A DNA stretch of 64,000 nucleotides. Origin: a virus. The DNA lies in the IMG/VR virus record IMGVR_UViG_3300028844_003737, positions 1-64,000 of that record; one strand, 5' to 3'. The notes beneath the pieces were generated by a model. It made no database searches and was not told where the DNA came from. It was given only the letters and a program-made list of their open reading frames with translations. Shown here piece after piece: positions 8,780 to 17,524 of the stretch. The first letter of the stretch is position 1. Every line of letters begins with the position of its first letter. The position numbers and the translations under genes were made by a program.

Positions 8780-9462
8780 TGAGTGAAAATGGAATCAAGT
8801 TAGGTCAGTTGTTATGTGATGAAGATGTTATCACAAAAAGACAACTAAGCAAAGCCTTACAAGAACAAGTCAAAGGTAGGAAAGGTACACTTGGTGAGAT
8901 TCTTGTAGATATGGGTGTATGTACATTTGAGGATATTACCGATGCTATGATGAATCACAATTCGGATACTCAAAAACACGAAGAGAAACACGAAGAGATT
9001 CACAAAGAACCTACACCACCACCTACAGTTCAACCTACACTACAGCCCGTAGTAGAAGAACCAAAGGTAATAGAACCAGTAGTAGAAGAACCTATAGAAC
9101 TTTCAGAAGAAAAAGTTATGGGTACAAAGTTTACAATGTCCTTGCAAACATTAGGCGCATTGATTAGTGTAATAGCCGCGGGAGTCGGTGGTTACTATAT
9201 GTTACTACAAGAGATTGAAGAAGCAAAAAATCTTCCCGAACCACCATCTATAGAATCTATATTTGGTGATGAGTATCCATCCAAGCCCGATGGACATAAC
9301 TGGCCTCGTTCATACGAACAATACAAATCACAAGTAGGTGGTTTGCAAGAAGATATGGATGCCGTCTATGAAATAATAGATGAGTACGAAGAGGCTATTG
9401 AAGATTTAGAAAAGCTCGTAGCAAATTTACGAGTTGAAGTTGCAAAGAAAAAGGACAAGTAG
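8779..9462 (+). CDS. MshEN (T2SSE_N-like) domain + Pro/Glu linker + TM helix + coiled coil
   Basis: KLGQLLCDEDVITKRQLSKALQEQ and TLGEILVDMGVCTFEDI match the tandem RLGxxLxxxGxIxxxxLxxxLxxQ motif. Confidence 0.75.
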   Translation: MSENGIKLGQLLCDEDVITKRQLSKALQEQVKGRKGTLGEILVDMGVCTFEDITDAMMNHNSDTQKHEEKHEEIHKEPTPPPTVQPTLQPVVEEPKVIEPVVEEPIELSEEKVMGTKFTMSLQTLGALISVIAAGVGGYYMLLQEIEEAKNLPEPPSIESIFGDEYPSKPDGHNWPRSYEQYKSQVGGLQEDMDAVYEIIDEYEEAIEDLEKLVANLRVEVAKKKDK

Positions 9463-9471
9463 GAGTTACTT

Positions 9472-9846
9472 ATGAAATATTTATTAGGATTATTATTATT
9501 TCTTTCTGTTACTATAGGACAAGTAAATGATAAGAACTTTAAAGAATCTATAAATGGTGGGATGGCTGTCGTAGTAGTTACAGCAGAATGGCAAGAACAA
9601 CCATTTGACGAAGATATTCTAGAAGGAGTAAAAGGATATCAGGATTGTAAAATAGTAAGAATAAAAAGTAAAGAAGCTCCAAAGGTTGTAAAGAAACTTA
9701 GGTTTAGAAACTTTCCATCTATGGCTTTATTCTATGACGGTTCTAAGAAAGAAACTTGGAAGGCTGATATGGATGGTGAGTTGGACATTGATAGTAAAGA
9801 CATAAAAGGTGCTATTGATGATGTACTAGCAGAGGACGTGTTCTAA
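9472..9846 (+). CDS. Secreted thioredoxin-fold protein lacking CxxC
   Basis: Signal peptide; NDKNFKE..VVVTAEW..RFRNFPSMALFYDG pattern. Confidence 0.6.
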   Translation: MKYLLGLLLFLSVTIGQVNDKNFKESINGGMAVVVVTAEWQEQPFDEDILEGVKGYQDCKIVRIKSKEAPKVVKKLRFRNFPSMALFYDGSKKETWKADMDGELDIDSKDIKGAIDDVLAEDVF

Positions 9847-9937
9847 GTCAAAATCTGTAAATATATTCACGTATATCTAATTATTCACACATAAACATAA
9901 TATTTATTATAGACTAACTGAAGATGAGGAGACTGTT

Positions 9938-10279
9938 GTGGAAACTAAAACAATAGAATCCCTTATCGGTGAGTATGGTTGGTTATTTATCGCGGGTGTT
10001 CTAACCCTGTTATTTCAAAGTACTATACAAGAGGCCGTTGATGGGATAATGGTTTTTTTAGGAAACGACTACAATGAAGATGATGTTGTAGAGGTTGATG
10101 GTGATCCAGGTCGTATCGTAAGAGTCGGTATGTGGAAAACTACATTCTTTATATATCATGTCGTAAATGGTAAGATAGTTGGAGGTTCAAAATTAGTAGT
10201 GGCTAATTCTAAACTCAAAGATTTGAAAATAGAAAAACCATTACCAAATTTAGATTTGTCCAAATATGATACAGAGTAA
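9938..10279 (+). CDS. Minimal MscS-family protein (TM + beta domain)
   Basis: TM3-like helix, then YNEDDVVEVDGDPGRIVRVGMWKTTF...VANSKL. Confidence 0.65.
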   Translation: METKTIESLIGEYGWLFIAGVLTLLFQSTIQEAVDGIMVFLGNDYNEDDVVEVDGDPGRIVRVGMWKTTFFIYHVVNGKIVGGSKLVVANSKLKDLKIEKPLPNLDLSKYDTE

Positions 10280-10321
10280 CAAAAGTTTACATATAGATCG
10301 GTAAATTATGTTACACAAGAT

Positions 10322-10346
10322 AGAGTGCTTACGGGCACTCTTTTTT
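10322..10346 (+). terminator. Rho-independent terminator
   Basis: AGAGTGC-TTACGG-GCACTCT followed by a T run. Confidence 0.85.
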
Positions 10347-10365
10347 GTTTAAAATAGTTGCTATC

Positions 10366-10443
10366 GTAAGTCGTTATATATCAACACATAAAATTATTTT
10401 TATTTATTTCTTGAATTTAGCATGCTTTGGTATGGTTATTGTA
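10366..10443 (+). promoter_or_regulatory. IHF-like site plus sigma54 (-24/-12)-like promoter of the pilin genes
   Basis: TAAGTCGTTATATATCAACAC at ~10367-10387; TTGGTATGGTTATTGTA with GG(10429-30)-N10-GT(10441-42). Confidence 0.5.
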
Positions 10444-10503
10444 GTATATAAGTAGAATGAGTCATTAGGACAAATTCAAATTGAATAAATAGGGAGGACT
10501 GAA

Positions 10504-11163
10504 ATGTTCGATATGATAAAAAGATTTTTCAAAAAACTAAATAAAAAGCTTAGAAAGAATACAGGAAACTCACTTGCTGAATTTGCTGTTACTACCGCTA
10601 TGATGGCAACACTTGCTACTACAGCTGCTCCTAAGTTTGGTAATGTTGGTGCTGCTGCTAAAGAGAAGAAGTCAATTGCTAACATTGATAAGATATTAAC
10701 AGTAGCCAACAACTACTACAACCAAGCAGTATCTGAAGAAGGAAAGGGAAGATTTCCTGGACAATCAAAGTATGACCAACCTGTAGGTGGGATTGACTTG
10801 TCAGATGGAGCATATACTGATGAAACTCTTGAAGCATACATTGAAACTATACTTGAACAAAAACAATCATATGAATCTGAATTAGGTGAGTTTGTTTATG
10901 TATTTTCAGCATCTTCTGATGACGATGACGCTTTACAAGATGATTGGATGAACTTAGAAACATCTGTTGGATTCAATTCAGGTGGAGCACTTGACTTCAA
11001 AAAAGACTTTGGTAACAAAGGAATCAAGTCACCATTTCAGGATGGTTCGTATGCTTACTTAGTAATACCAGGAAGTGGTAGTGGAACAGATGCTCAAGCA
11101 CCTGCTCTTGTCGTAATAGACACAGAGAATCCAGGAATGCTATTTAAAACTTTAGTACCTTAA
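10504..11163 (+). CDS. Type IV pilin-like protein with atypical class III signal (G|NSLAE)
   Basis: Basic leader, Gly-1, Glu+5, long apolar helix with Pro22 (AAPKF). Confidence 0.75.
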   Translation: MFDMIKRFFKKLNKKLRKNTGNSLAEFAVTTAMMATLATTAAPKFGNVGAAAKEKKSIANIDKILTVANNYYNQAVSEEGKGRFPGQSKYDQPVGGIDLSDGAYTDETLEAYIETILEQKQSYESELGEFVYVFSASSDDDDALQDDWMNLETSVGFNSGGALDFKKDFGNKGIKSPFQDGSYAYLVIPGSGSGTDAQAPALVVIDTENPGMLFKTLVP

Positions 11164-11198
11164 TTTAATAATAGAAACAATAACCGAAAGGAAAGAAA

Positions 11199-11642
11199 AT
11201 GAAGAACATACTCAAAAACACAAGTAAGGGTTTTACCTTGATTGAATTAGTAATGGTTACAATCATATTGGGAATCTTAGCGGCTGTAGCAATACCTCGT
11301 TATCAACAGACTGTAGATAATGCGGAAGAAGCTGCAGAAAAGACATTTGTCGATATGGTATGGGCTGGATGTGAACAAGAAGCTTCTGAAAGAATAACTG
11401 AGACTGGACTTGAGGCATGGCCTTATAATCCACTAACAGTTATTGGTAGAAGTCGTAACATATCAGTTACATTGTTTGAAGGTGTACCCGATGAAGATAA
11501 CGAATGGCAGTTTAGTGTAGATGCGGCTGGTGAACCAGCAATATTTCATCACAGACGAAACGATGAAATCTATTACTACAAGTACGATTCATTGACATTT
11601 GAGTTGGACGAACTACCTACGCTTTATACAAACGAAGGATAA
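11199..11642 (+). CDS. Type IV pilin / prepilin-type N-methylation protein
   Basis: KG|FTLIELVMVTIILGILAAVAIPRY canonical motif. Confidence 0.92.
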   Translation: MKNILKNTSKGFTLIELVMVTIILGILAAVAIPRYQQTVDNAEEAAEKTFVDMVWAGCEQEASERITETGLEAWPYNPLTVIGRSRNISVTLFEGVPDEDNEWQFSVDAAGEPAIFHHRRNDEIYYYKYDSLTFELDELPTLYTNEG

Positions 11643-11692
11643 TTAATGGGGGAATTTATAACGATTTCCCCTATTTATTATAAAGAGGTATT

Positions 11693-12136
11693 ATGAGATT
11701 AAATCTTACAGATGATATTTTAGAACTTGTATTAGGTGGATTAATAATGGTTACTTTAGGGTTCGTATTCTTTAGAAGTGACGAATCCATTAAAGTACAA
11801 AAAGAACCTACTATTGATGACTTTTATGAGTTCCCACTACAAGCGTGGCAGACCACAGACTTACAAGGTGGAGATTGTATAAAGATTAGATATATGGTTA
11901 CTAAACCAAAGACTCGTTTGATTATGAAAAGCGCTGATGGAATAAGGGTACATATGCAACCAATATCTTTGAGTCCGAGAAAAGGTGAAGATAGAATAGA
12001 AACTTATGTATGGAAACTATATCGTACAGAATGGACAGATAAAATATCACCAGGTGAATATCTTATAATAGTAGGAACCGACCACGATAGGAGACCATCC
12101 AAAACAAACTTATCAATAAAGGTAGATGTATTATGA
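11693..12136 (+). CDS. Membrane-anchored beta-rich (Ig-like) protein
   Basis: N-terminal TM; W....SPGEYLIIV pattern. Confidence 0.5.
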   Translation: MRLNLTDDILELVLGGLIMVTLGFVFFRSDESIKVQKEPTIDDFYEFPLQAWQTTDLQGGDCIKIRYMVTKPKTRLIMKSADGIRVHMQPISLSPRKGEDRIETYVWKLYRTEWTDKISPGEYLIIVGTDHDRRPSKTNLSIKVDVL

Positions 12137-12747
12137 AAAAAACCTTGACTTCTATATTTTTGATGATAGTGATAGTGAACAATCCAATATTTTCACAAGA
12201 AATCAAACGGACATCAGAGTTCAAAAGAGATGTTGCATATGGAATAGAATGTGATGATACAGAATACAGAGATTACAAAGGCTCGCCTGCTTGGAAAGGA
12301 TATGGTGGATGGATATCCGAATGCGATTCAATTCGTACAACACGATTAAATGCTGAGTTTGCTCTTAGGTCAAAAGAAAGACAAAGACAAAAAGCAATTC
12401 AAGATAGCATAGATATTGCAACAGCATCTTTTGATGATATAGACTTAGATGTTATGTGGGAAAATACAGTGTGGGAAGAGATTGACGAAATTACAGAAGT
12501 ATACGGCGAAGTAGAACAAATAACTGCTGTTGCTGGAGTTCGTGGTGCTGAAGCAGAAGATGAAGCATTGAATCATTTATACTATAGAAGAAGTATGAAA
12601 GGCTTAGCTCTAATAGATTTACAAAAAGCTTATGGCAAGTTATCAATCAAAAGGGAAAATCTTATAAAGATAAATCCAAACCATCCTAAATTGGAGAAGA
12701 TAGACAATCTTTTATCTCAATTAAAAATAAAAATGAAAAAAGTATAA
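12133..12747 (+). CDS. Secreted hypothetical protein
   Basis: Signal peptide; AVAGVRGAE motif. Confidence 0.6.
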   Translation: MKKTLTSIFLMIVIVNNPIFSQEIKRTSEFKRDVAYGIECDDTEYRDYKGSPAWKGYGGWISECDSIRTTRLNAEFALRSKERQRQKAIQDSIDIATASFDDIDLDVMWENTVWEEIDEITEVYGEVEQITAVAGVRGAEAEDEALNHLYYRRSMKGLALIDLQKAYGKLSIKRENLIKINPNHPKLEKIDNLLSQLKIKMKKV

Positions 12748-12802
12748 AAAAAATGCGTTTTGAGAATTTTACTATATACATATATATATAAAGTTTTTTG
12801 AC

Positions 12803-13227
12803 AATTTGAAAATTTGAAAAGTGCAGAGAGTAATTAACTCTGTATGGGATTGGTCGAATAATGAGTATACTTGAAGCTCATAAGACAATCTAATGTGAGT
12901 TGTGGTGACTTGGAACTCTGCTGAATGTAGTAGAGGTGTAACGGTCCTCATAGACATATGACACATAATGTACTTTCAGAAATAACAAGATGATTCTTGG
13001 ACTTTGTTGTGGGTAAGGATAAAACTGAAATCCCACCTTGTGGCTGAATAATTTAGTCTCAGAAGAGATAAGGCAATAGCACAGACATTGTAGTCGCTCT
13101 AACGTAGAACTAACCATCTATTAGGAGAACCAAAGTAACTTTTGGGTGTTAGGTACAAAGTTATAATAAATTCTGAGCTGAAAGTTGTAGGTAATCATTA
13201 ATCCTACATCCCCCTAATTTTCAATTT
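12803..13227 (+). ncRNA. Large structured ncRNA (~420 nt), possibly ROOL-like
   Basis: No + strand ORF. Ends pair (TTGAAAATT 12806-14 / AATTTTCAA 13216-24). Internal stems AGAGT/ACTCT, GATT-GTC/GAC-AATC, ATGAG/CTCAT, GTGGG/CCCAC, CCAAA/TTTGG, TGTAGG/CCTACA. Terminator follows. Confidence 0.7.
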
Positions 13228-13230
13228 TAT

Positions 13231-13302
13231 AAAAAAGGGTTCGATCTGATTTTTAGTTTCCACTATATTACAAACTTAAAAACTTTTATGAACCCTTTTT
13301 TT
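13231..13302 (+). terminator. Long hairpin terminator after the ncRNA
   Basis: AAAAAAGGGTTC...GAACCCTTTTTTT with an inner imperfect stem. Confidence 0.7.
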
Positions 13303-13305
13303 GCC

Positions 13306-13335
13306 TTGACTTATATGCGATTTCTTTTGTAAGAT
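13306..13335 (+). promoter_or_regulatory. Sigma70-like promoter, probably giving a leaderless mRNA
   Basis: TTGACT-N18-TAAGAT; ATG at 13341 with no RBS. Confidence 0.5.
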
Positions 13336-13340
13336 CTTAT

Positions 13341-13868
13341 ATGAATAAATGTAAAAAATGTAATGAAACAATGGATAATCACAGAGCTCATCTTGGTTAC
13401 TCCGAATGTGTTGAGTGTTCGACAGTAAAGAAATATTCATCGCATACTATATATCCACATAAAACTGGTGGGTATATCCAACCTGTATCAGAAGAACAAT
13501 CAGAAAATCTAAATAGGTTAGATAGAAGAGGTACATCTGGTAATAAACCAGCTAAAGGTATTGTAAAAGATAATAGTTGGGATAGGTGGTTGAAAGAATA
13601 CTATGCTCCTAAACCAGAGAAGAAGAAGTTTGTACCTAAGCCTACGACACTACCTATTTATATACCTGTAAAGGAAGCTATGACTAAGGTGATGGATATG
13701 TATGAAAATAGGGGATATGATTCAGCATACGAACTAACACAATCATTGTATACCGATGATAAAATTTCACTTATGACTAAATCAAAGATTACTAATGAGA
13801 TAACTGAGTGGCAATATATGAGTGCTAAACAAAGAAGATGGCAAAAAAAACTGGAAATAAATGCATAA
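13341..13868 (+). CDS. Zn-finger protein (CxxC...CxxC)
   Basis: CKKC...CVEC; HKTGGY motif. Confidence 0.7.
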   Translation: MNKCKKCNETMDNHRAHLGYSECVECSTVKKYSSHTIYPHKTGGYIQPVSEEQSENLNRLDRRGTSGNKPAKGIVKDNSWDRWLKEYYAPKPEKKKFVPKPTTLPIYIPVKEAMTKVMDMYENRGYDSAYELTQSLYTDDKISLMTKSKITNEITEWQYMSAKQRRWQKKLEINA

Positions 13869-13902
13869 AGTCCTTGTTTATTAGCAAATTTATTCGTAGC
13901 TT
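13843..13902 (+). promoter_or_regulatory. Repeated early promoter, copy 1
   Basis: A8-CTGGAAATAAATGCATAAAGTCC, then TTGTTT(13874)-N17-TAGCTT(13897). Confidence 0.8.
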
Positions 13903-13925
13903 TATATATAAAGAAAAGGGAAAAG

Positions 13926-16007
13926 ATGAGTAATTCAATAAAACATAATTTCAATCCGATGGCTCTCAGAGAGAAACATTCTGCTGAAAGTCGTACTAAC
14001 AGCTATTCTTCTTTTTGGTTAGATAATGGTTGGGACAACAATACTTCTATATTTGACGATGAAGAAACTAAAAAGGGTGTAGATTTAGTCGCACTGGCTT
14101 CTTATCGTAGGGCTATCAGTAATTTCGTTTCTATCGTTACTGGTGAATCAGACATCAAAGTTACTTTCAATACTTCAGGCGATAGTTATACTAATGGTAA
14201 AGAAGTTACTATCTCTTCTAAATTAGATGACAAACTATTTGACTCAACTGTTGGTCTGGCTTTGCATGAGGGTTCTCATATCAAACTTTCAGATTTTGAT
14301 TTTCTAAAACAACTTGATACTAATATTCCAGCTGAGTATTTCAATAGAGGTGAAGCACTTGGAATGGAGAGATATGAAGTAATTGGTAAACTAAAAAATT
14401 TACTAAACTATGTAGAAGATAGAAGAATTGATTATTTTGTCTTTTCAAATTCACCGGGCTACAAAGGTTATTATCATAAGATGTATGAAAAATACTTTCA
14501 TGCTAAGGTTATTGATAAGGCTTTAGGTTCTAATGAGTATACTTCAGTTGATTGGGATTCTTATGAATTTCGTATTATCAATCTCACTAACAAAAATACT
14601 CTTTTGGATGTTCTGCCTGGTTTGAAAGATATCAGAAAAGCTATTTTCAGTAATGTAAAGAATTTAGATTCTACTGCTGAGGCTTTCGCTGTTGCTCTAA
14701 ATGTCTTTGATATTATTCTTTCTAACTTAGAAGCCCAACCAAAAGTTGATGGTGGAAAAGGTGATGGCGAAGAGGGTGCTGATGGTTCTGAAAGTGGTGG
14801 TGATGAAAATGATATGGGTTCTAAAGGTGATGGTAATTCTGATGGTGAAGGCGAGTCAATGAGTGGTAAATCTTCAGAAAATCAGCCTGAGAATTCAAAT
14901 TCTGATTTATCAGAATTATCAGACAGGCAGAAAAAACAACTTAGTAATGCTGTAAAGAAGCAGAAGAAATTTATGGATGGCGACATCACTAAAAAGAAGC
15001 TAACTAAAAAAGATAAAGCTTCTATGGATGCTGTTGAATCTGCTGGAATGAAATATGTAGATGTTGCTAGTGGTGTTACAGATAATTACTATGGTAAAAA
15101 AACTCCTACTAAAGTTTTATTGGTAAAGAAATTTACTAAAGCTCTAGCTGAGTCTGATACCATTCGTATGATTCAAACACCAAACTACAGATGGGCTGGT
15201 GAAGAAACTAAAGAAGCTATTACTAAAGGTTTGGTAATGGGAACTATGTTAGGTCGTAAACTTCAAGTACGTGGAGAGTCTCGTGAGACTAAGTGGTCTA
15301 GAAAAGATTCAGGCCGTATCGATAAGAGATTGATTGCTGAGTTAGGTTTTGGTAACCAGAGAGTTTTTCATACTTCATTTGTAGAACAATATTCAGATGC
15401 TTTTCTTCACATCTCAGTTGATGCTAGTGGTTCGATGGGTGGAAAGAAGTGGGTAAATACTCAGACTTGTGTTGCTGCCATCGCTAAAGCTTGTTCAATG
15501 ATTTCAAATGTTGATTGTGTAATTTCTTACAGAAGTACGCAGGATACTGGAAACTACAGACGTGGTGGTAAGAATTTCCCACTAATGATGATTGCTTATG
15601 ATTCTCGTGTTGATAAAATCAATAAAATCAAAAATCTATTTCCATTACTTCGTCCGAGTGGAACTACTCCTGAAGGATTGTGTTTTGAAGCGATTATGAA
15701 GGAAATTGAACCGGCATCTAAGGATAAGGATTCATACTTCCTAAACTTATCAGATGGAATGCCTATGTTTTCTAATGATGATATTGACTATAACTATGAT
15801 ACGGCAATCAATCACACTAAGAGTATGGTAAATGAGATTCGTAATCGTGGTGTAAAAGTTCTTAGTTACTTCATTGGAGATAGTTATGATAGGGATAGAA
15901 GTACTTCTACTTTCAAAAAGATGTATGGCTCAGATGCTGAGTTCATCAATGTGACTTCAGTACTTCCGGTTGCTAAAACAATGAATAAAAAGTTCTTACA
16001 AAAATAA
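13926..16007 (+). CDS. vWA-domain protein with N-terminal HEXXH metallopeptidase-like domain (CobT-like MoxR partner)
   Basis: LALHEGSH; NYVEDRRID; acidic Gly/Ser linker; MIDAS VDASGSM, GTTPEG, LSDG. Confidence 0.85.
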   Translation: MSNSIKHNFNPMALREKHSAESRTNSYSSFWLDNGWDNNTSIFDDEETKKGVDLVALASYRRAISNFVSIVTGESDIKVTFNTSGDSYTNGKEVTISSKLDDKLFDSTVGLALHEGSHIKLSDFDFLKQLDTNIPAEYFNRGEALGMERYEVIGKLKNLLNYVEDRRIDYFVFSNSPGYKGYYHKMYEKYFHAKVIDKALGSNEYTSVDWDSYEFRIINLTNKNTLLDVLPGLKDIRKAIFSNVKNLDSTAEAFAVALNVFDIILSNLEAQPKVDGGKGDGEEGADGSESGGDENDMGSKGDGNSDGEGESMSGKSSENQPENSNSDLSELSDRQKKQLSNAVKKQKKFMDGDITKKKLTKKDKASMDAVESAGMKYVDVASGVTDNYYGKKTPTKVLLVKKFTKALAESDTIRMIQTPNYRWAGEETKEAITKGLVMGTMLGRKLQVRGESRETKWSRKDSGRIDKRLIAELGFGNQRVFHTSFVEQYSDAFLHISVDASGSMGGKKWVNTQTCVAAIAKACSMISNVDCVISYRSTQDTGNYRRGGKNFPLMMIAYDSRVDKINKIKNLFPLLRPSGTTPEGLCFEAIMKEIEPASKDKDSYFLNLSDGMPMFSNDDIDYNYDTAINHTKSMVNEIRNRGVKVLSYFIGDSYDRDRSTSTFKKMYGSDAEFINVTSVLPVAKTMNKKFLQK

Positions 16008-16180
16008 AGGAGAGATTGAGTTGAGTTTATTAGCATACAATAAAGAAGTACGAGATGAGATTGAAAAGCTGATTGAAGAGCATGTAAAGAAATCTAGAAG
16101 AGGTTATCCTTGGTCTGGTGAACATAAAGAAGTTACTAAAAAGATTATGAATATTTTTAGGAGAACTACTTAGTGTACAA

Positions 16181-16239
16181 GAAAAAACTGGAAATAATTG
16201 CAGAAAGTCCTTGTATATTAGCAAATTTATTCGTAGCTT
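16181..16239 (+). promoter_or_regulatory. Repeated early promoter, copy 2
   Basis: CTGGAAATAATTGCAGAAAGTCC, then TTGTAT(16211)-N17-TAGCTT(16234). Confidence 0.8.
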
Positions 16240-16284
16240 TATATGTAAACAATGAGAGAAATACTAACAAAAGGAAAAAATAAT

Positions 16285-17436
16285 ATGGATAAAAACATAA
16301 TCGTAAAAATTGAAAAGTCCGGCAATAGATATAATGCTTGGGACAAAGATGGTGTAAAATTTACATCACAGATTGGTACTTCTACCCGAAAGAAGGCTTT
16401 TCTAAGTAATATGGCTTTGGAACGTAGAACTGGTAAAGAAGGTAGAATTTACTGGTGGAAAGTTCCTATGGAGATGTTTGAATCTTCAATGGCTCCTGTA
16501 ATCGATGTTTCATCTGTAGATGTTCCATCAGATCATGCTGAGGTTCTAAACTTCATTCACACTTCTTATAATCTCAAACCACAAGGTTTGGTTATGAAAG
16601 AACTGAAGTGGAAGTACTTAGTTCGTTCCGCTGTTCGTGGTAAGAATATTTTGATGACTGGTCCTGCTGGTTGTGGAAAAACTATGGCTGCTAAGTCATT
16701 AGTCAACTCACTTGATAGGGCTGACTTCTACTTCAACTTAGGAGCGACACAGGACCCAAGAGCTACTTTGATTGGTAATGTCCACTTCGATAAAAAGAAG
16801 GGTACTTTCTTTTCCGAATCAGTTTTTGTAAAGGCTATTCAAACTCCTAACGCTGTTATTTTGTTAGATGAGTTGAGTAGGGCTCATCCTGATGCTTGGA
16901 ATATTTTGATGACTGTCTTAGATAGTGGTCAGAGATATTTGAGACTTGATGAGGCTGATGGACAACAAACTATCAATGTGGCTGAAGGTGTTACTTTTGT
17001 TGCTACCGCTAATGTTGGTAATGAGTATACTTCTACCAGAGTTATGGATAAGGCTTTGATGGATAGATTCATTATCGTAGAAATGGATGTTCTAAACTCT
17101 GATGAAGAGCATGGACTACTGAACTATATGTTTCCAAATGTAGATTCAGATTTACTGAAGTCTGTTGCTGAGATTGCTTCTTCAACGCGAAGTGAGTCAA
17201 AGTCTGAGGCTGGTAGGTTGTCTGCTGGAATCTCTACCAGAACTTCTGTTGAGATAGCTGGACTACTTTATGATGGCTTTGGATTAGATGAGGCTGCTGA
17301 AGTAACTGTCTATCCTCAGTTTTCTGATGATGGTGGGCTTGAGTCTGAAAGAACTTATGTGAAACAACTTGTTCAAAAGTTTGTCTCTGATGGTTCTTCT
17401 GAGGACTTGTTCAATGAGGAAGAGATGAACAGCTAA
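16285..17436 (+). CDS. MoxR/CbbQ/CobS-type AAA+ ATPase
   Basis: GPAGCGKT, ILLDELSRA, ATAN, DKALMDRF, STR; AAAGGA RBS before 16285. Confidence 0.9.
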   Translation: MDKNIIVKIEKSGNRYNAWDKDGVKFTSQIGTSTRKKAFLSNMALERRTGKEGRIYWWKVPMEMFESSMAPVIDVSSVDVPSDHAEVLNFIHTSYNLKPQGLVMKELKWKYLVRSAVRGKNILMTGPAGCGKTMAAKSLVNSLDRADFYFNLGATQDPRATLIGNVHFDKKKGTFFSESVFVKAIQTPNAVILLDELSRAHPDAWNILMTVLDSGQRYLRLDEADGQQTINVAEGVTFVATANVGNEYTSTRVMDKALMDRFIIVEMDVLNSDEEHGLLNYMFPNVDSDLLKSVAEIASSTRSESKSEAGRLSAGISTRTSVEIAGLLYDGFGLDEAAEVTVYPQFSDDGGLESERTYVKQLVQKFVSDGSSEDLFNEEEMNS

Positions 17437-17449
17437 ACAAATTCTCTCT

Positions 17450-17524
17450 GTGATGGTGGCAACTCATTCCACCATCACTATGGGCCTTGAGTTTTAATTT
17501 TCCTTTTTTCTCAGGGCCCATTTT
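17450..17524 (+). terminator. Tandem hairpins / terminator
   Basis: GTGATGGTGG/CCACCATCAC and ATGGGCCTTGAG/CTCAGGGCCCAT followed by Ts. Confidence 0.7.

Noticed and set aside
12772-13117. Two minus-strand ORFs (64 and 75 aa) in the large gap
   Set aside because: No RBS or recognisable features; RNA structure explains the region better
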